64,000 nt of DNA, taken from the NCBI GenBank assembly GCA_024398785.1, contig JAKSIO010000004.1, positions 8,331-72,330 of the forward strand. The letters run 5' to 3'. Made by a program: the position numbers and the translations under genes. Shown piece after piece: positions 38,620 to 49,141 of the stretch (the first letter of the stretch is position 1; every line of letters starts with the position of its first letter). The stretch comes from Bacteroidaceae bacterium (GTDB lineage: Bacteria; Bacteroidota; Bacteroidia; Bacteroidales; Bacteroidaceae). Under the pieces are notes generated by a model. It saw only the letters and a list, made by a program, of their open reading frames with translations. It did not search any database and was not told the DNA's origin.

Positions 38620-39192
38620 TTGAGAGTAATTGCCGGTAAATATAAGCATCGCCATTTTGCGGTGCCGGCAAATTTCAAAGCTCGTCCTACAACAGACTTT
38701 GCGAAGGAAAATTTGTTCAATGTGCTGACAAACCTTATTGATTTTGAGGGAGTCAGCGCATTGGATCTTTTTGCGGGTACGGGAAGCATTTCGCTTGAGC
38801 TTCTTTCGCGCGGTGCAGCAAGTGTTGTCAGTGTGGAACTGAATTCAATGCACTATAACTTTATCAGAAAAGTAATGGAGAGTGTTGGCGATAAGGGTAG
38901 TATTGTGATTCACAGTGATGTATTCAAATTCCTTTCCCATCAGAAGACTCCGTATGATTTTATTTTTGCCGATCCCCCGTATGCTTTGAAGGAGATAGCC
39001 CAGATTCCTGATATTATTCTGAGCAAAGGACTTCTTGCACCGGATGGGTTGTTTGTCCTGGAACACGGTGAAAATCTTGATTTCAGCAGCCATCCGTCTT
39101 TTTTACAGCATCGCGAATACGGCAGCGTTAATTTTTCCTTCTTTGGCAATATTACAGAAGAGGTGAAAGCAGACGCAGAACCGACTCTTTGA
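38620..39192 (+). CDS. rsmD: 16S rRNA (guanine966-N2)-methyltransferase
   Basis: TTG start (38620-38622). RVIAGKYK...RPTTDFAKENLFN, DLFAGTGSISLE (SAM motif I) and DPPY are present. Confidence 0.85.
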   Translation: MRVIAGKYKHRHFAVPANFKARPTTDFAKENLFNVLTNLIDFEGVSALDLFAGTGSISLELLSRGAASVVSVELNSMHYNFIRKVMESVGDKGSIVIHSDVFKFLSHQKTPYDFIFADPPYALKEIAQIPDIILSKGLLAPDGLFVLEHGENLDFSSHPSFLQHREYGSVNFSFFGNITEEVKADAEPTL

Positions 39193-40588
39193 ATTTGCGC
39201 CAGTGACTGCGCTTTTTCCAATGGCGTGTATAAAGCCGTTCAGATAACCCCTGGTCTTTAATAAACTGGTGATGTGCCTCCGCAGCTATTTTTCTGTCAT
39301 ATATGAATGCGTTGATTTCAAAATTGTTTTCAAAGCTGCGACAGTCAATATTTGTTGATCCTATTGATACAAAGTCTCCGTCCATAACCAGTAGCTTGGA
39401 ATGTAGAAAACCTGGCTTGTAACTATAGACCTTAACTCCGGCATCCATAAAATCCTGCAGGTAGGATTGTGATACAGCGTGTACAAAACGTGTGTCACTG
39501 TGTTTTGGAATAATCAGTCTTACATCACATCCGGCAAGGGCTACATTACATATTGTGCTGCGGATAGATTCTGTAGGAATAAAATACGGTGTCTCTATAT
39601 AGAGGTATTCTTTACATTGTGCGAACAGATGCATATACCCCTGCATCATCTCACGCCAGGCTCCAACCGGTCCTGTTGTTGCAATTTGCAGCATTATGTT
39701 GTCATTTGCAGCATTATGACTGTGTTCCGGGTATGTGAACTCGGTTCTGATCTCCTTTTTTCCCGGTTTGGCAAAACACCAGTCTGTAAGGAAAGACATC
39801 TCAAGACCATATACACCATGACCTTCAATGCGGACATTTGTGTCTCTCCAGGTGCCCCATTTAACTCCCTTCAGATAGCGTTTGGCAATGTTCATTCCTC
39901 CCAAATATCCAATATGTCCGTCAATGATTACCAGTTTTCTGTGATTGCGGTAATTGACGTGGCGCGCCAGTCTTGGAAAACGTACAGGCAGGTAGCTCTC
40001 AACATCGATGCCGGCATTCTGCATTCTTTTGAAGAATGATTTCTTTACATTCCAGCATCCCATACTGTCATAGAGAACCTTGATTTTTATTCCCTGTGAT
40101 GCCTTTTCTATCAGAACGTCACTGACTAATCTGCCCAGAGCGTCATCCAGAAATATGTAGAACTGTATGTTGATGTATTGTTTTGCCTGAGAGATGTCTT
40201 TTAATAAGTCCAGAAAGAATTCTGAACCGCTCGACTCGATACGTATGTTGTTTGCTCCGAAAAGGGAAGCTGAAGGCGAAAGTGTTGACATCAGATTTAT
40301 TACCGAGGCGTATTTTTCAGGATAATCCTTTTTGTCTATTTTTACACTGGACGGAACCGGATGTTCAACAATGCGTTTCAGAGAACGTTTGCTGATCAGG
40401 CGGACTTTACGGTTGTCCTGTCCGAAGAACAGGTAAAGAATCAGTCCTATTACCGGTAAAAAGACTACAATAATCACCCATGCAAGCGTTTTGTGTACGC
40501 TGCGGTTGCTCAGTATCGTAGCAAGTGCTACTCCGATTACAATAAGAGCATAGGCAATTTCTATTCCGGTAATTAACCAATCAGGCAT
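39152..40588 (-). CDS. cls: cardiolipin synthase
   Basis: Two N-terminal TM helices and two PLD HKD motifs (NHRKLVIIDG.., LHSKLLVMDG..). Its 3' end overlaps the rsmD 3' end by 41 bp. Confidence 0.9.
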   Translation of the reverse strand: MPDWLITGIEIAYALIVIGVALATILSNRSVHKTLAWVIIVVFLPVIGLILYLFFGQDNRKVRLISKRSLKRIVEHPVPSSVKIDKKDYPEKYASVINLMSTLSPSASLFGANNIRIESSGSEFFLDLLKDISQAKQYINIQFYIFLDDALGRLVSDVLIEKASQGIKIKVLYDSMGCWNVKKSFFKRMQNAGIDVESYLPVRFPRLARHVNYRNHRKLVIIDGHIGYLGGMNIAKRYLKGVKWGTWRDTNVRIEGHGVYGLEMSFLTDWCFAKPGKKEIRTEFTYPEHSHNAANDNIMLQIATTGPVGAWREMMQGYMHLFAQCKEYLYIETPYFIPTESIRSTICNVALAGCDVRLIIPKHSDTRFVHAVSQSYLQDFMDAGVKVYSYKPGFLHSKLLVMDGDFVSIGSTNIDCRSFENNFEINAFIYDRKIAAEAHHQFIKDQGLSERLYTRHWKKRSHWRKFKESVLRLLSPLL

Positions 40589-40595
40589 AACGATA

Positions 40596-40626
40596 CAAAC
40601 TTACAAAGAAATTGTGGGTATTCAAA
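40596..40626 (-). promoter_or_regulatory. cls promoter (-33 TTTG / -7 TAAGTTTG), near-leaderless
   Basis: On the minus strand: TTTG (40623-40626), 19-nt spacer, TAAGTTTG (40596-40603). Only 7 nt separate the -7 box from the cls ATG. Confidence 0.5.
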
Positions 40627-40627
40627 A

Positions 40628-43600
40628 TCAGCGGCGCTGGGCACCCATTCCGCCCATTCTTGGTCCTCCGCCTCCTCCCATTGGTGCACCGCCTCCCATA
40701 GGTCTTCCTCCCTGACCCATCATTTGACCGCGTCCCGGTTGCTGTTGTCCGGGATTCTCTTTTTCAAGACGCATTTGCCTTCTGGCTTCTTTGTTACCCC
40801 AGATATTCACGTTAAGTGTGAAATGAACCATAAAGTAGCGATGTACATTTAGAGAACGTGTATCGCTGCGGCCGATATTGGATACATTGCGGTTAACTTC
40901 GTCCTGCTGGCGAAGAATATCAAAAACTTCAACCATCAGTGTTCCGGCGTTTTCCCTGAAGAAGCTCATTGATGCGGAAGCATTCCATATTAGTTCATCG
41001 GTGTTGTTTGCCGCATTGTCATATCCGCGGCGGCTGCGCATGGTAATGTCTGTGGCGATGTTAAGGTTATGCCAGTCAAAGTCACAGTTTCCGTCAATGC
41101 CATAATTGAATGTGTAAACATCCATATTGCGGTCAGGCTGCTGGTTGTTGCGTGATGGATTATACTGTATCTGACCGTTTACAGTGAGAAAAAGCCACTT
41201 GTGTGAATAGGTCAGTCTCAAACGTTCTGTCATGTTTGATGTGTTGGTTGCACTGAGCACGCTTTCATTAACGCTTGTACCGCGGGAACGCAGGTAACTT
41301 GAACTGTGGTTGAACGAATACTGTGTCTGTGAGTTGATACGCAGATGGATTTTCTGGATTTGAATGTTGTATGTCAGATTGGCGCGTGCATTCCAGTTGC
41401 TCCAGAAACCTTTCATGTTGATAGGCTGTGTAACGGTAACACCTGTTGTCTCGTCGTACACAGTGCGGTTTGTAATTCTGCGTAATGTGTTACCCCAACT
41501 GGCATTTGCATTGAGTGTGCGCTGGTTGGCTTCCTTGAAATCCTGGAATTCAATATTCAGCGTATTGCTGAACGTTGGCAACAGATTCGGGTTACCCATT
41601 GAGATGTTCAACGGGTTACTGTTGTCAGTGATATCCCGCAATTGGTCAATTGAAGGCTGTCCGGTGTTGCCGCTGAAATTTGCCTGCAACGAACGCTGTC
41701 TGGTAAAGCGGTATCGGTAACGGAATGTAGGTGACCAGTCCAATACATTCCTTACAATATCCTGATGCTTGCCCAAATAATCCTGTATCATGGTTGTGTG
41801 CTGGGGACGCAATGTGGCACCTATGTTCAGATTACCTTTTGCTCCGTTTCGGGAGAACTGGAGCTGTATGTTCTGTTCAAGATACTGGTAATGGGAAAAA
41901 TTACTCAAACTGTCATCCAGGTACAAACTTTCAAGTTCCTGGTAAGAAGGCTCGTACCATCCATCGCTCCATTCCTGATACTTGTCTCCATGCGAGGGCA
42001 GAGTGTAGGTTTTGCGTTTGCTGTCGTTGTTTCTGTATTGTATCTGGTAGGTGAGGGATGCGTTCCATACGGAATCAATAGGCTCTGTCCATGCAACTCT
42101 TGCAGATACATTGTCATTTATTGAAGGCTGACTGTTCAGTCTGTTCATGATAGTATCGGACGAACTCTGGTAATACACTATGTTTGAGTGGGAATAGTTT
42201 TTGTTGTTTCCACGCTGTATTGTGAAGTTTGTCTGAAGGGTAAGGTTCCTGCCTCGTTTTTCAAAACGGCGTGTATAGGTCAGCTGACCTCCTACATTAT
42301 AGTTCTGATTATGTCCCATAGAACCCCTCTTGTTGCTGTTGACACCATATTCAGGATGCAGTGCAAGAGAGTCCCGGTATTGTGCCAGAACATCGGTCCA
42401 TCCCATTTCATCGGGACTTTGATTAAGGGTTACAGATTCGCTTGAACTGCTGTTGTTTGATTCCGATAAACTGAAATTGGGTCTGAAACGCAACATTCTG
42501 AGTGTGTCTATATTCCATTCCAGATTGATGTCGGCATTTATGCTGCGGTTGTTGTTGCGGTTGCCTGATCTGCTGTTTGAGAAGGTGTTGTTGGTAAATT
42601 GGGATGTAAAGGTTTCTGAATATGACTCGCTTGCAGAACTGGTTTTTGAGGTGTTTGCACGGACGTTTCCGTTAATACTCAACGGATATGTACGCCTTCT
42701 GATGGGTTCTCCGATTTTCTGGTTGAAGTTAAAACCTCCGCTGGCATTTTGCGATACGCCGCCACGAATACTGTTCTGCGCATTTCCGGTGAGTGTGTAG
42801 TTGTTGTCGTGCTGAAAGCGCATAACGTTAAGGCGCGCGTTATACAGATATTTGAGAACATCCGTGTAGTCATTGTCATCAAGCGGATATCCGGCGGCAA
42901 CGTCCAGGTTGTTGATCCAACCCACACGCATGTCAGCCTTTACCGACAGGTCCATGACAGTTTCCTCTTCACCGTCATCAATACCGCTCATTTCAGCCAT
43001 ATCACTTTTCTTCTGATATGTCTTTATCTTTTTTATCATCTTAGCCGGCAGATTCTTGATTGCGACTGACATGTCGTTCCCAAAGAACTCTTCTCCCTCA
43101 ACAAGTATTCTTGAAACGCGTTTGCCGTTTACATACAGAGATCCGTCAGACTGGTCATAGTCTACTCCAGGCATTCTTTTGAGCAAATCTTCAAGTAAAG
43201 CACCTTCTTTTACATGGAAGGCATCGGTGTTGTACATAAGGGTATCGTCAACTACCTGGGTTTCAGGAAGCTCGGCTTCAATCACAGCTTCGGCCAGTTC
43301 AATGGCACCCGGGTATATCAGAATGTTGCCCAGATCATTCTGTCTTATCCCTTTCTTGAGTGTGAAATTCTTGTCTGCAGTTGTATATCCAAGAAATGAA
43401 AACCGTGCCAGATAATGTCCTTCGTTCATTTTCTGGATGCTGAATATTCCATCCTTGTCGGTTGTAACACCTGTTACGTATGTGGAATCAGGAAGAGAAT
43501 AGATCTGAATGGCAACCTGTTGGACGGTTTCCTGTGTTTCGGCATCGAAAACCTTTCCGTTGATATTGAGGTTACCTGTTTTTTTTGCAATTGTTGCTGT

Positions 43601-43696
43601 GTCTGTCTTTTCCTGTGCGTTCAAAGTACCAACTCCTGCAAAAAGAATAAATAACAGAAGAGTATACAGACGTGTAAGTTTTTTATTGAAATGCAT
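40628..43696 (-). CDS. large outer-membrane beta-barrel protein with an N-terminal carboxypeptidase-regulatory-like domain and plug-like region
   Basis: Signal peptide present. GKVFDAETQETVQQVAIQIY... is CarboxypepD_reg-like. ...VDDTLMYNTDAF..GALLEDLLKRMPGV is plug/TonB-receptor-like. A long N/S/Y-rich barrel follows, then a 42-aa Gly/Met/Pro/Gln tail. Confidence 0.75.
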   Translation of the reverse strand: MHFNKKLTRLYTLLLFILFAGVGTLNAQEKTDTATIAKKTGNLNINGKVFDAETQETVQQVAIQIYSLPDSTYVTGVTTDKDGIFSIQKMNEGHYLARFSFLGYTTADKNFTLKKGIRQNDLGNILIYPGAIELAEAVIEAELPETQVVDDTLMYNTDAFHVKEGALLEDLLKRMPGVDYDQSDGSLYVNGKRVSRILVEGEEFFGNDMSVAIKNLPAKMIKKIKTYQKKSDMAEMSGIDDGEEETVMDLSVKADMRVGWINNLDVAAGYPLDDNDYTDVLKYLYNARLNVMRFQHDNNYTLTGNAQNSIRGGVSQNASGGFNFNQKIGEPIRRRTYPLSINGNVRANTSKTSSASESYSETFTSQFTNNTFSNSRSGNRNNNRSINADINLEWNIDTLRMLRFRPNFSLSESNNSSSSESVTLNQSPDEMGWTDVLAQYRDSLALHPEYGVNSNKRGSMGHNQNYNVGGQLTYTRRFEKRGRNLTLQTNFTIQRGNNKNYSHSNIVYYQSSSDTIMNRLNSQPSINDNVSARVAWTEPIDSVWNASLTYQIQYRNNDSKRKTYTLPSHGDKYQEWSDGWYEPSYQELESLYLDDSLSNFSHYQYLEQNIQLQFSRNGAKGNLNIGATLRPQHTTMIQDYLGKHQDIVRNVLDWSPTFRYRYRFTRQRSLQANFSGNTGQPSIDQLRDITDNSNPLNISMGNPNLLPTFSNTLNIEFQDFKEANQRTLNANASWGNTLRRITNRTVYDETTGVTVTQPINMKGFWSNWNARANLTYNIQIQKIHLRINSQTQYSFNHSSSYLRSRGTSVNESVLSATNTSNMTERLRLTYSHKWLFLTVNGQIQYNPSRNNQQPDRNMDVYTFNYGIDGNCDFDWHNLNIATDITMRSRRGYDNAANNTDELIWNASASMSFFRENAGTLMVEVFDILRQQDEVNRNVSNIGRSDTRSLNVHRYFMVHFTLNVNIWGNKEARRQMRLEKENPGQQQPGRGQMMGQGGRPMGGGAPMGGGGGPRMGGMGAQRR

Positions 43697-43758
43697 AACA
43701 AACCATTGACAAAAAAAATCCGGATTAGTTTAACCGGGTATAAAAAATAGGACAAATA

Positions 43759-43790
43759 TTTGGCGATTTTCCATATACTGCCTATATTTG
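43759..43790 (+). promoter_or_regulatory. promoter of the lipoprotein-ABC-cysS string (-33 TTTG / -7 TATATTTG)
   Basis: TTTG 43759-43762, 20-nt spacer, TATATTTG 43783-43790. It lies 35 nt before the ATG at 43826. Confidence 0.6.
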
Positions 43791-43825
43791 CGCTACTAAG
43801 TTGCAAATATAATATAAATTAGAAT

Positions 43826-44674
43826 ATGAAACACATTTCTTTAGTTGCTGGTTTGGCTGTTGCTTTAATATTGATGCCAGCTTGTAAAAATGGTCAGAAT
43901 AAGGCCTCAGTTCCTTTTAAGGGCAATGCTACTGAGATAGTTGACTCTATCAAGGTTCAAGCAATGGATTTGTTCAAGGCCATCCGTGCAGAACAAAGTA
44001 AGATGATACAGGGTGCTACATTGCTTCCTGAAAACATCCGTGTTGTCCCTTCACGTTTCTTCATGCCTCTTGATGCGTCAAAAAATGCTGTAACATTGGC
44101 ACAGCAGTGTGCGTTGATAGGTGTTTATTCCGTAGACAACCAATATGACAAATTGTGCTATGGTACAACCGATGTCAAGCTCCGTAACAATGAGCTGGTA
44201 AAACTTTCCGCCCAGGCCAATCTTCAGGGTGATGCCCAAAGTGAAGTTGAGCGCCTTAACGGAATGAGCCAGGAGGATTTCAATGCTGAGGTTGACAAGA
44301 TGGCCATTGAAAAATTCGAGCAGGCATTGGAAGATAATGATGCAGACTGCTACCTGATCATTCTTCTTTATTCAGTAGTTGAATCTGCTCTTGATCAGGA
44401 AGCTGTTTTTGAAGCTAAAAACGGTTACATTGACGATGAACAGATAGTTTCTGATATTGCTCCTATGTATCCTACTTTCAGTAATGTTATCCAGTTGGTT
44501 GAGATTCTCAAGCCGTACTATTCAACTTTGAACATTATTGCTCCTATGGTTGACAAGTTGAAGGCTGTAATCAATGCAGACACTCCTGAAAACAAGTCTA
44601 TCGCAACTCTGAATGCATTCGACTACGCAAAGGAGATGCGTGGCAGACTGAATGTTTCAGTTAATGCTGACTAA
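43826..44674 (+). CDS. lipoprotein of unknown function (predicted all-helical)
   Basis: Lipobox LMPA-C. No recognisable motif. It sits 12 nt upstream of the ABC gene. Confidence 0.55.
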   Translation: MKHISLVAGLAVALILMPACKNGQNKASVPFKGNATEIVDSIKVQAMDLFKAIRAEQSKMIQGATLLPENIRVVPSRFFMPLDASKNAVTLAQQCALIGVYSVDNQYDKLCYGTTDVKLRNNELVKLSAQANLQGDAQSEVERLNGMSQEDFNAEVDKMAIEKFEQALEDNDADCYLIILLYSVVESALDQEAVFEAKNGYIDDEQIVSDIAPMYPTFSNVIQLVEILKPYYSTLNIIAPMVDKLKAVINADTPENKSIATLNAFDYAKEMRGRLNVSVNAD

Positions 44675-44686
44675 AAAAACAGTATT

Positions 44687-47614
44687 TTGAACGATTTAGT
44701 AATAGCTGCACTGCTGAACCTGTTTGCACTGTTCAGCAGTGTGTCACATATCAAAAGAGACAAAGCCAGGGAGTTGGTATATAACTACCTGGTTTGTTTT
44801 TATGGTATCCACAATGTTGACGAATATCTTTCTCTGTTTGACAATCTGAGCGATGTCTACAGTACGGAAGATTTGGATACGGAGACCATACTTACAACCG
44901 TATGCTCCAAACTGCAGCAGAAGATTCCTGTTCAGGAACAGGCTCTGCTGGTATTGCGCTTTATGGAGTTTTCGGCTGTAAATCCCGAGTCTTACAAAGA
45001 GAATTTCAAATTGTTTGAATTCGCCGCCGGCAAACTTGGTGTTTCCGACAGTATGTTCAAGGACTTTGCCATGTATATTGATGGAGTCCCTGGAGAACAT
45101 ATTGCCGTTTCCGCATGCCAGGGCATTGAGGGTTTCATCAAGATTCTGCGCGTAAACGAATTCAACAAGACTCTGCTTACATATACCGGTCCGGAACAGT
45201 TGTATCTGAGCGAAATGCCAATACGCAGCGGAGTTTATGTTATCTGGGAAAAGAACGGTATCATAAAGAGTCATAAGATTGCTCCTGTTTATTACAGTTT
45301 TGCCGATACGCTACTTGGAAAGGTGAATCAGGACAAAGAGGTTACACTCTGCGGCCGTAATGTTGATTACCGTTTCTCCAATAATCCCAAGATGGGACTG
45401 CACAATTTTACCTTTGACCTTCACAGCGGTGAGCTTGTTGCTGTCATGGGTGGCAGTGGAGTAGGCAAATCCACTTTGTTGGGCATTCTGAATGGAACAC
45501 AACCGCCTGCAAGCGGAGAAATACTTGTCAACGGACATTCTTTGTACGGTGAACAGGATAAAGTCAAGCATCTTATAGGTTTTGTTCCCCAGGACGATCT
45601 CCTCATTGAGGAACTGACAGTAAGAGATAACCTTCTCTATACGGCCCGTTTCTGTTTTGACGGTATGTCAGACAAGGAACTTTCCGCCAGGGTGGAGAAA
45701 ATTCTTTCTGATCTGGATCTGCTGTATATTGCAGACTTAAAGGTGGGTTCCCCATTAAACAAGACTATCAGCGGCGGTCAGCGCAAGCGTTTGAACATTG
45801 CGCTGGAACTTATTCGCGAACCGGCAATACTTTTCCTTGACGAACCTACCAGCGGTTTGTCTTCTGCCGATTCTGAAAAGGTTATTCACCTGCTTAAGGA
45901 ACAGACTTTCCTTGGCAGACTGATCATTGTCAACATACATCAGCCATCAAGCGATATCTACAAAATGTTTGACCGTCTGTGGCTGTTGGACAAAGGCGGC
46001 TATCCTATCTATGACGGTAACCCTATTGAGGCTGTTTCCACATTCAAGAAAGCTGCCAACTATGCCGATGCCGATGTGAGTCTGTGCAAGGCTTGCGGAA
46101 ATATAAATCCTGAAACAATTCTTGATATTGTCGATGCAAAGGCTCTCAATAACAACGGTGAAATTACTACAGAACGCAAAATATCTCCAGAGGAATGGAA
46201 CCGTATGTATATGGACCGTGCTGAAAAATTCCAGTCTCCGGAGGTTATCGATATCCCGACAACGGAACAGAAAAGGCCGAATGCATTCAGGCAGTTTGTC
46301 ATTTATCTGAGCCGTGCAATAAAAACCAAACTGACTGACCGTCAGTTCCTGCTTGTTGCTCTGCTTGAGGCCCCCGCACTTGCGGTGATATCGGCAGTTC
46401 TTACCCATTACAAAGGAGACAACGGATATACTCTTCTTGAAAACAAGAATCTGCTGTCTTACTTCTTTATGGCTATAATTGTTGCCATATTCATGGGTAT
46501 GAGCATAACTGCAGAGGAGATATTCAAGGACCGCGCACTGCTCAAGCGTGAAAAGTTCCTGTGCTTGAGTTACGGCAGTTACATCTCTTCAAAAATTGTT
46601 CTTACCGCAATAATTGCCGCAGTCCAGACATTGCTGTTCATTCTTGTGGGCAATGCTCTTGCCGGCATTCATGACCTGTTCTGGGTATGGTGGCTGATAT
46701 TGTTTACAAGTGCATTCCTTGCCGGATTGACCGGGTTGTTCCTGTCTCAGGCTTTGGGATCCATCGTAACAATATACATTACCATTCCGCTGTTGCTTAT
46801 TCCACAGATTCTTTTGTGCGGACTTGTAGTGCCGTTCAGCGATCTGAACCAGCATTCAAAAACGAACAATGTGCCCATAATCGGTGATCTTATTCCGTCA
46901 CGCTGGTCATACGAAGCGCTGGCGGTGACATCGTACACAAACAATAAATATAATGCAAAGTTCTTTGACTACGAACGTGGTCAGTATGTGCTGCAGATGG
47001 AAAATGCCGGTGTATTGCATCAGGTAAAGGTTTCCCTGAACCAGGCATACCAGAGCAAACGTATGAAAGAGCAGGATTATGATAAGGATTTTGCAATGAT
47101 TAAAAACGAAATCGGACGTATTGTGGACAGATGGGAACTTGAACCATGTACAGGTCTTGACAAACTTACTGCTGCCGATTTTGATACGGTTGTTTACAGT
47201 AACATTTCAGATTGGATAGAAAAAACTGGCCGTACTTTGAACCGTATGAGCCGTCAGTGGACAAAGGCGCTTGATGCTGAAAAAACGGCTTATCTTGAAG
47301 AATACGGTTCTGAAATACTTGTAAAAGAACAAAGCAGGTATTGCAATACAAAACTGCAGGAGACTGTCCTCAATATGGGACAGGACAATATGGTCAAGGT
47401 GGAGCAGGGTGTTATTGTACCGCAGGTTGGTGCAATATATCTTGATCCTGTTTCCAAAAACGGACGTGCTCCGTTCTATAGCCATATCAAGCAGATAGGT
47501 AACATTCAGATACCTACATTATGGTTCAATATGGGAATATTATGGCTCATGGCTGTAATAGTTGCGGTTCTGCTCTATACAGACCGTCCTGCAAGATATA
47601 TGAGAGGAAAATAA
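44687..47614 (+). CDS. ABC transporter, fused ATPase + ABC-2 permease, with an N-terminal TerB-like domain
   Basis: TTG start. The first ~130 aa look TerB-like (…EQALLVLRFMEFSAV…AAGKLGVSDSMFKDF). Walker A GGSGVGKST, signature SGGQRKR, Walker B LFLDEPT. The C-terminal half has 6 TM helices with a long loop. Confidence 0.8.
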   Translation: MNDLVIAALLNLFALFSSVSHIKRDKARELVYNYLVCFYGIHNVDEYLSLFDNLSDVYSTEDLDTETILTTVCSKLQQKIPVQEQALLVLRFMEFSAVNPESYKENFKLFEFAAGKLGVSDSMFKDFAMYIDGVPGEHIAVSACQGIEGFIKILRVNEFNKTLLTYTGPEQLYLSEMPIRSGVYVIWEKNGIIKSHKIAPVYYSFADTLLGKVNQDKEVTLCGRNVDYRFSNNPKMGLHNFTFDLHSGELVAVMGGSGVGKSTLLGILNGTQPPASGEILVNGHSLYGEQDKVKHLIGFVPQDDLLIEELTVRDNLLYTARFCFDGMSDKELSARVEKILSDLDLLYIADLKVGSPLNKTISGGQRKRLNIALELIREPAILFLDEPTSGLSSADSEKVIHLLKEQTFLGRLIIVNIHQPSSDIYKMFDRLWLLDKGGYPIYDGNPIEAVSTFKKAANYADADVSLCKACGNINPETILDIVDAKALNNNGEITTERKISPEEWNRMYMDRAEKFQSPEVIDIPTTEQKRPNAFRQFVIYLSRAIKTKLTDRQFLLVALLEAPALAVISAVLTHYKGDNGYTLLENKNLLSYFFMAIIVAIFMGMSITAEEIFKDRALLKREKFLCLSYGSYISSKIVLTAIIAAVQTLLFILVGNALAGIHDLFWVWWLILFTSAFLAGLTGLFLSQALGSIVTIYITIPLLLIPQILLCGLVVPFSDLNQHSKTNNVPIIGDLIPSRWSYEALAVTSYTNNKYNAKFFDYERGQYVLQMENAGVLHQVKVSLNQAYQSKRMKEQDYDKDFAMIKNEIGRIVDRWELEPCTGLDKLTAADFDTVVYSNISDWIEKTGRTLNRMSRQWTKALDAEKTAYLEEYGSEILVKEQSRYCNTKLQETVLNMGQDNMVKVEQGVIVPQVGAIYLDPVSKNGRAPFYSHIKQIGNIQIPTLWFNMGILWLMAVIVAVLLYTDRPARYMRGK

Positions 47615-49141
47615 ATGATAGATATGGAAAATAAACTGAGTATATACAACACTCTTACCAGAAGAAAGGAATTGTTCCGTCCGCTGCACTCACCAAATGT
47701 GGGACTGTATGTGTGCGGTCCTACTGTATATGGAGATCCGCATCTGGGTCATGCGCGTCCGGCAATTACGTTTGACATACTATTCCGTTACCTGCAGCAT
47801 CTGGGCTACAAGGTGCGCTATGTGCGCAACATTACCGATGTTGGTCATTTGGAGCACGATGCCGATGAGGGTGAGGACAAGATAGCAAAGAAGGCCCGTC
47901 TGGAGCAGCTGGAACCTATGGAGGTTGTGCAGTACTATACTCTGCGCTATCATAAAGCAATGGAGGCTCTGAATGTTCTTCCTCCATCAATCGAACCGCA
48001 TGCATCCGGACATATCATTGAACAGATACAGCTTGTTCAGGAGATACTGGACAATGGTTTTGCATACGAAAGCCAGGGCTCCATCTATTTTGATGTTGAA
48101 AAATACAACAGGAAATACCATTACGGCAAACTATCCGGCCGCAATCTTGACGATGTACTCAACACAACGCGCGCTCTTGACGGTCAGGAAGAGAAACATA
48201 ATCCTGCAGACTTTGCGCTGTGGAAGAAAGCGCAACCGGAGCATATAATGCGCTGGCCTTCACCATGGAGTGACGGTTTCCCCGGTTGGCACTGCGAGTG
48301 TACAGCTATGGGACGCAAATATCTGGGCTCCCAGTTTGACATACACGGCGGTGGAATGGATCTTATTTTCCCGCATCATGAGTGTGAGATTGCTCAGGCC
48401 GTAGCAGCTCAGGGTACGGAAATGGTCAAGTATTGGATGCACAACAATCTGCTTACCATTAACGGAACCAAAATGGGCAAGTCCCTTGGAAACTTTATTA
48501 CCCTGAATGAATTTTTCAACGGAAGTCATAAGAACAACAAAGGAGAGGAGATGCTTGCACAGCCGTACAGCGGTATGACAATACGTTTCTTTATTCTTAT
48601 GGCACATTATCGTGGAACGGTCGATTTCAGCAACGAAGCGCTGCAGGCTGCAGAGAAGGCACTTGCCAGACTTACCGATGCCTACGCTTCTCTTGACCGG
48701 ATACAGCCGTCGGCTCAGGGCGGATGCCAGACTGATATTGACGCTATTAAAGACAAGTGTTATCAGGCTATGAACGATGACCTGAATACACCTATTGTAA
48801 TAAGCAATCTGTTTGATGCTGCCAAGATGATCAATCAGGCTTTGGATGGTAAACTGTCTATGAGTTCTCAGGAAATTGATTCAATGCGTGCATTGTTCGA
48901 TACTTTCCTGTTTGAGATACTTGGTATAAACAGAAATATTGTTGCCGGAGGTGCCGGTCAGGACAATGCAGGCCGTGAACAGGCATTTGCCCGTGTGGTT
49001 GATATGCTGCTTGAGCAGCGTGCAAAGGCCAAAGCCAATAAAGACTGGGCTACCAGCGATATGATCCGCAACGAACTTACCGCTTTAGGCTTTGAAATCA
49101 AGGATACCAAAGACGGAGCAACCTGGAAACTGAATAAATGA
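47615..49141 (+). CDS. cysS: cysteine-tRNA ligase
   Basis: HLGHARP (HIGH), KMGKSLGN (KMSKS) and Zn-binding CGPT/ HCEC motifs. The ATG follows the ABC stop with no gap; Met at 47624 is an alternative start. Confidence 0.95.
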   Translation: MIDMENKLSIYNTLTRRKELFRPLHSPNVGLYVCGPTVYGDPHLGHARPAITFDILFRYLQHLGYKVRYVRNITDVGHLEHDADEGEDKIAKKARLEQLEPMEVVQYYTLRYHKAMEALNVLPPSIEPHASGHIIEQIQLVQEILDNGFAYESQGSIYFDVEKYNRKYHYGKLSGRNLDDVLNTTRALDGQEEKHNPADFALWKKAQPEHIMRWPSPWSDGFPGWHCECTAMGRKYLGSQFDIHGGGMDLIFPHHECEIAQAVAAQGTEMVKYWMHNNLLTINGTKMGKSLGNFITLNEFFNGSHKNNKGEEMLAQPYSGMTIRFFILMAHYRGTVDFSNEALQAAEKALARLTDAYASLDRIQPSAQGGCQTDIDAIKDKCYQAMNDDLNTPIVISNLFDAAKMINQALDGKLSMSSQEIDSMRALFDTFLFEILGINRNIVAGGAGQDNAGREQAFARVVDMLLEQRAKAKANKDWATSDMIRNELTALGFEIKDTKDGATWKLNK

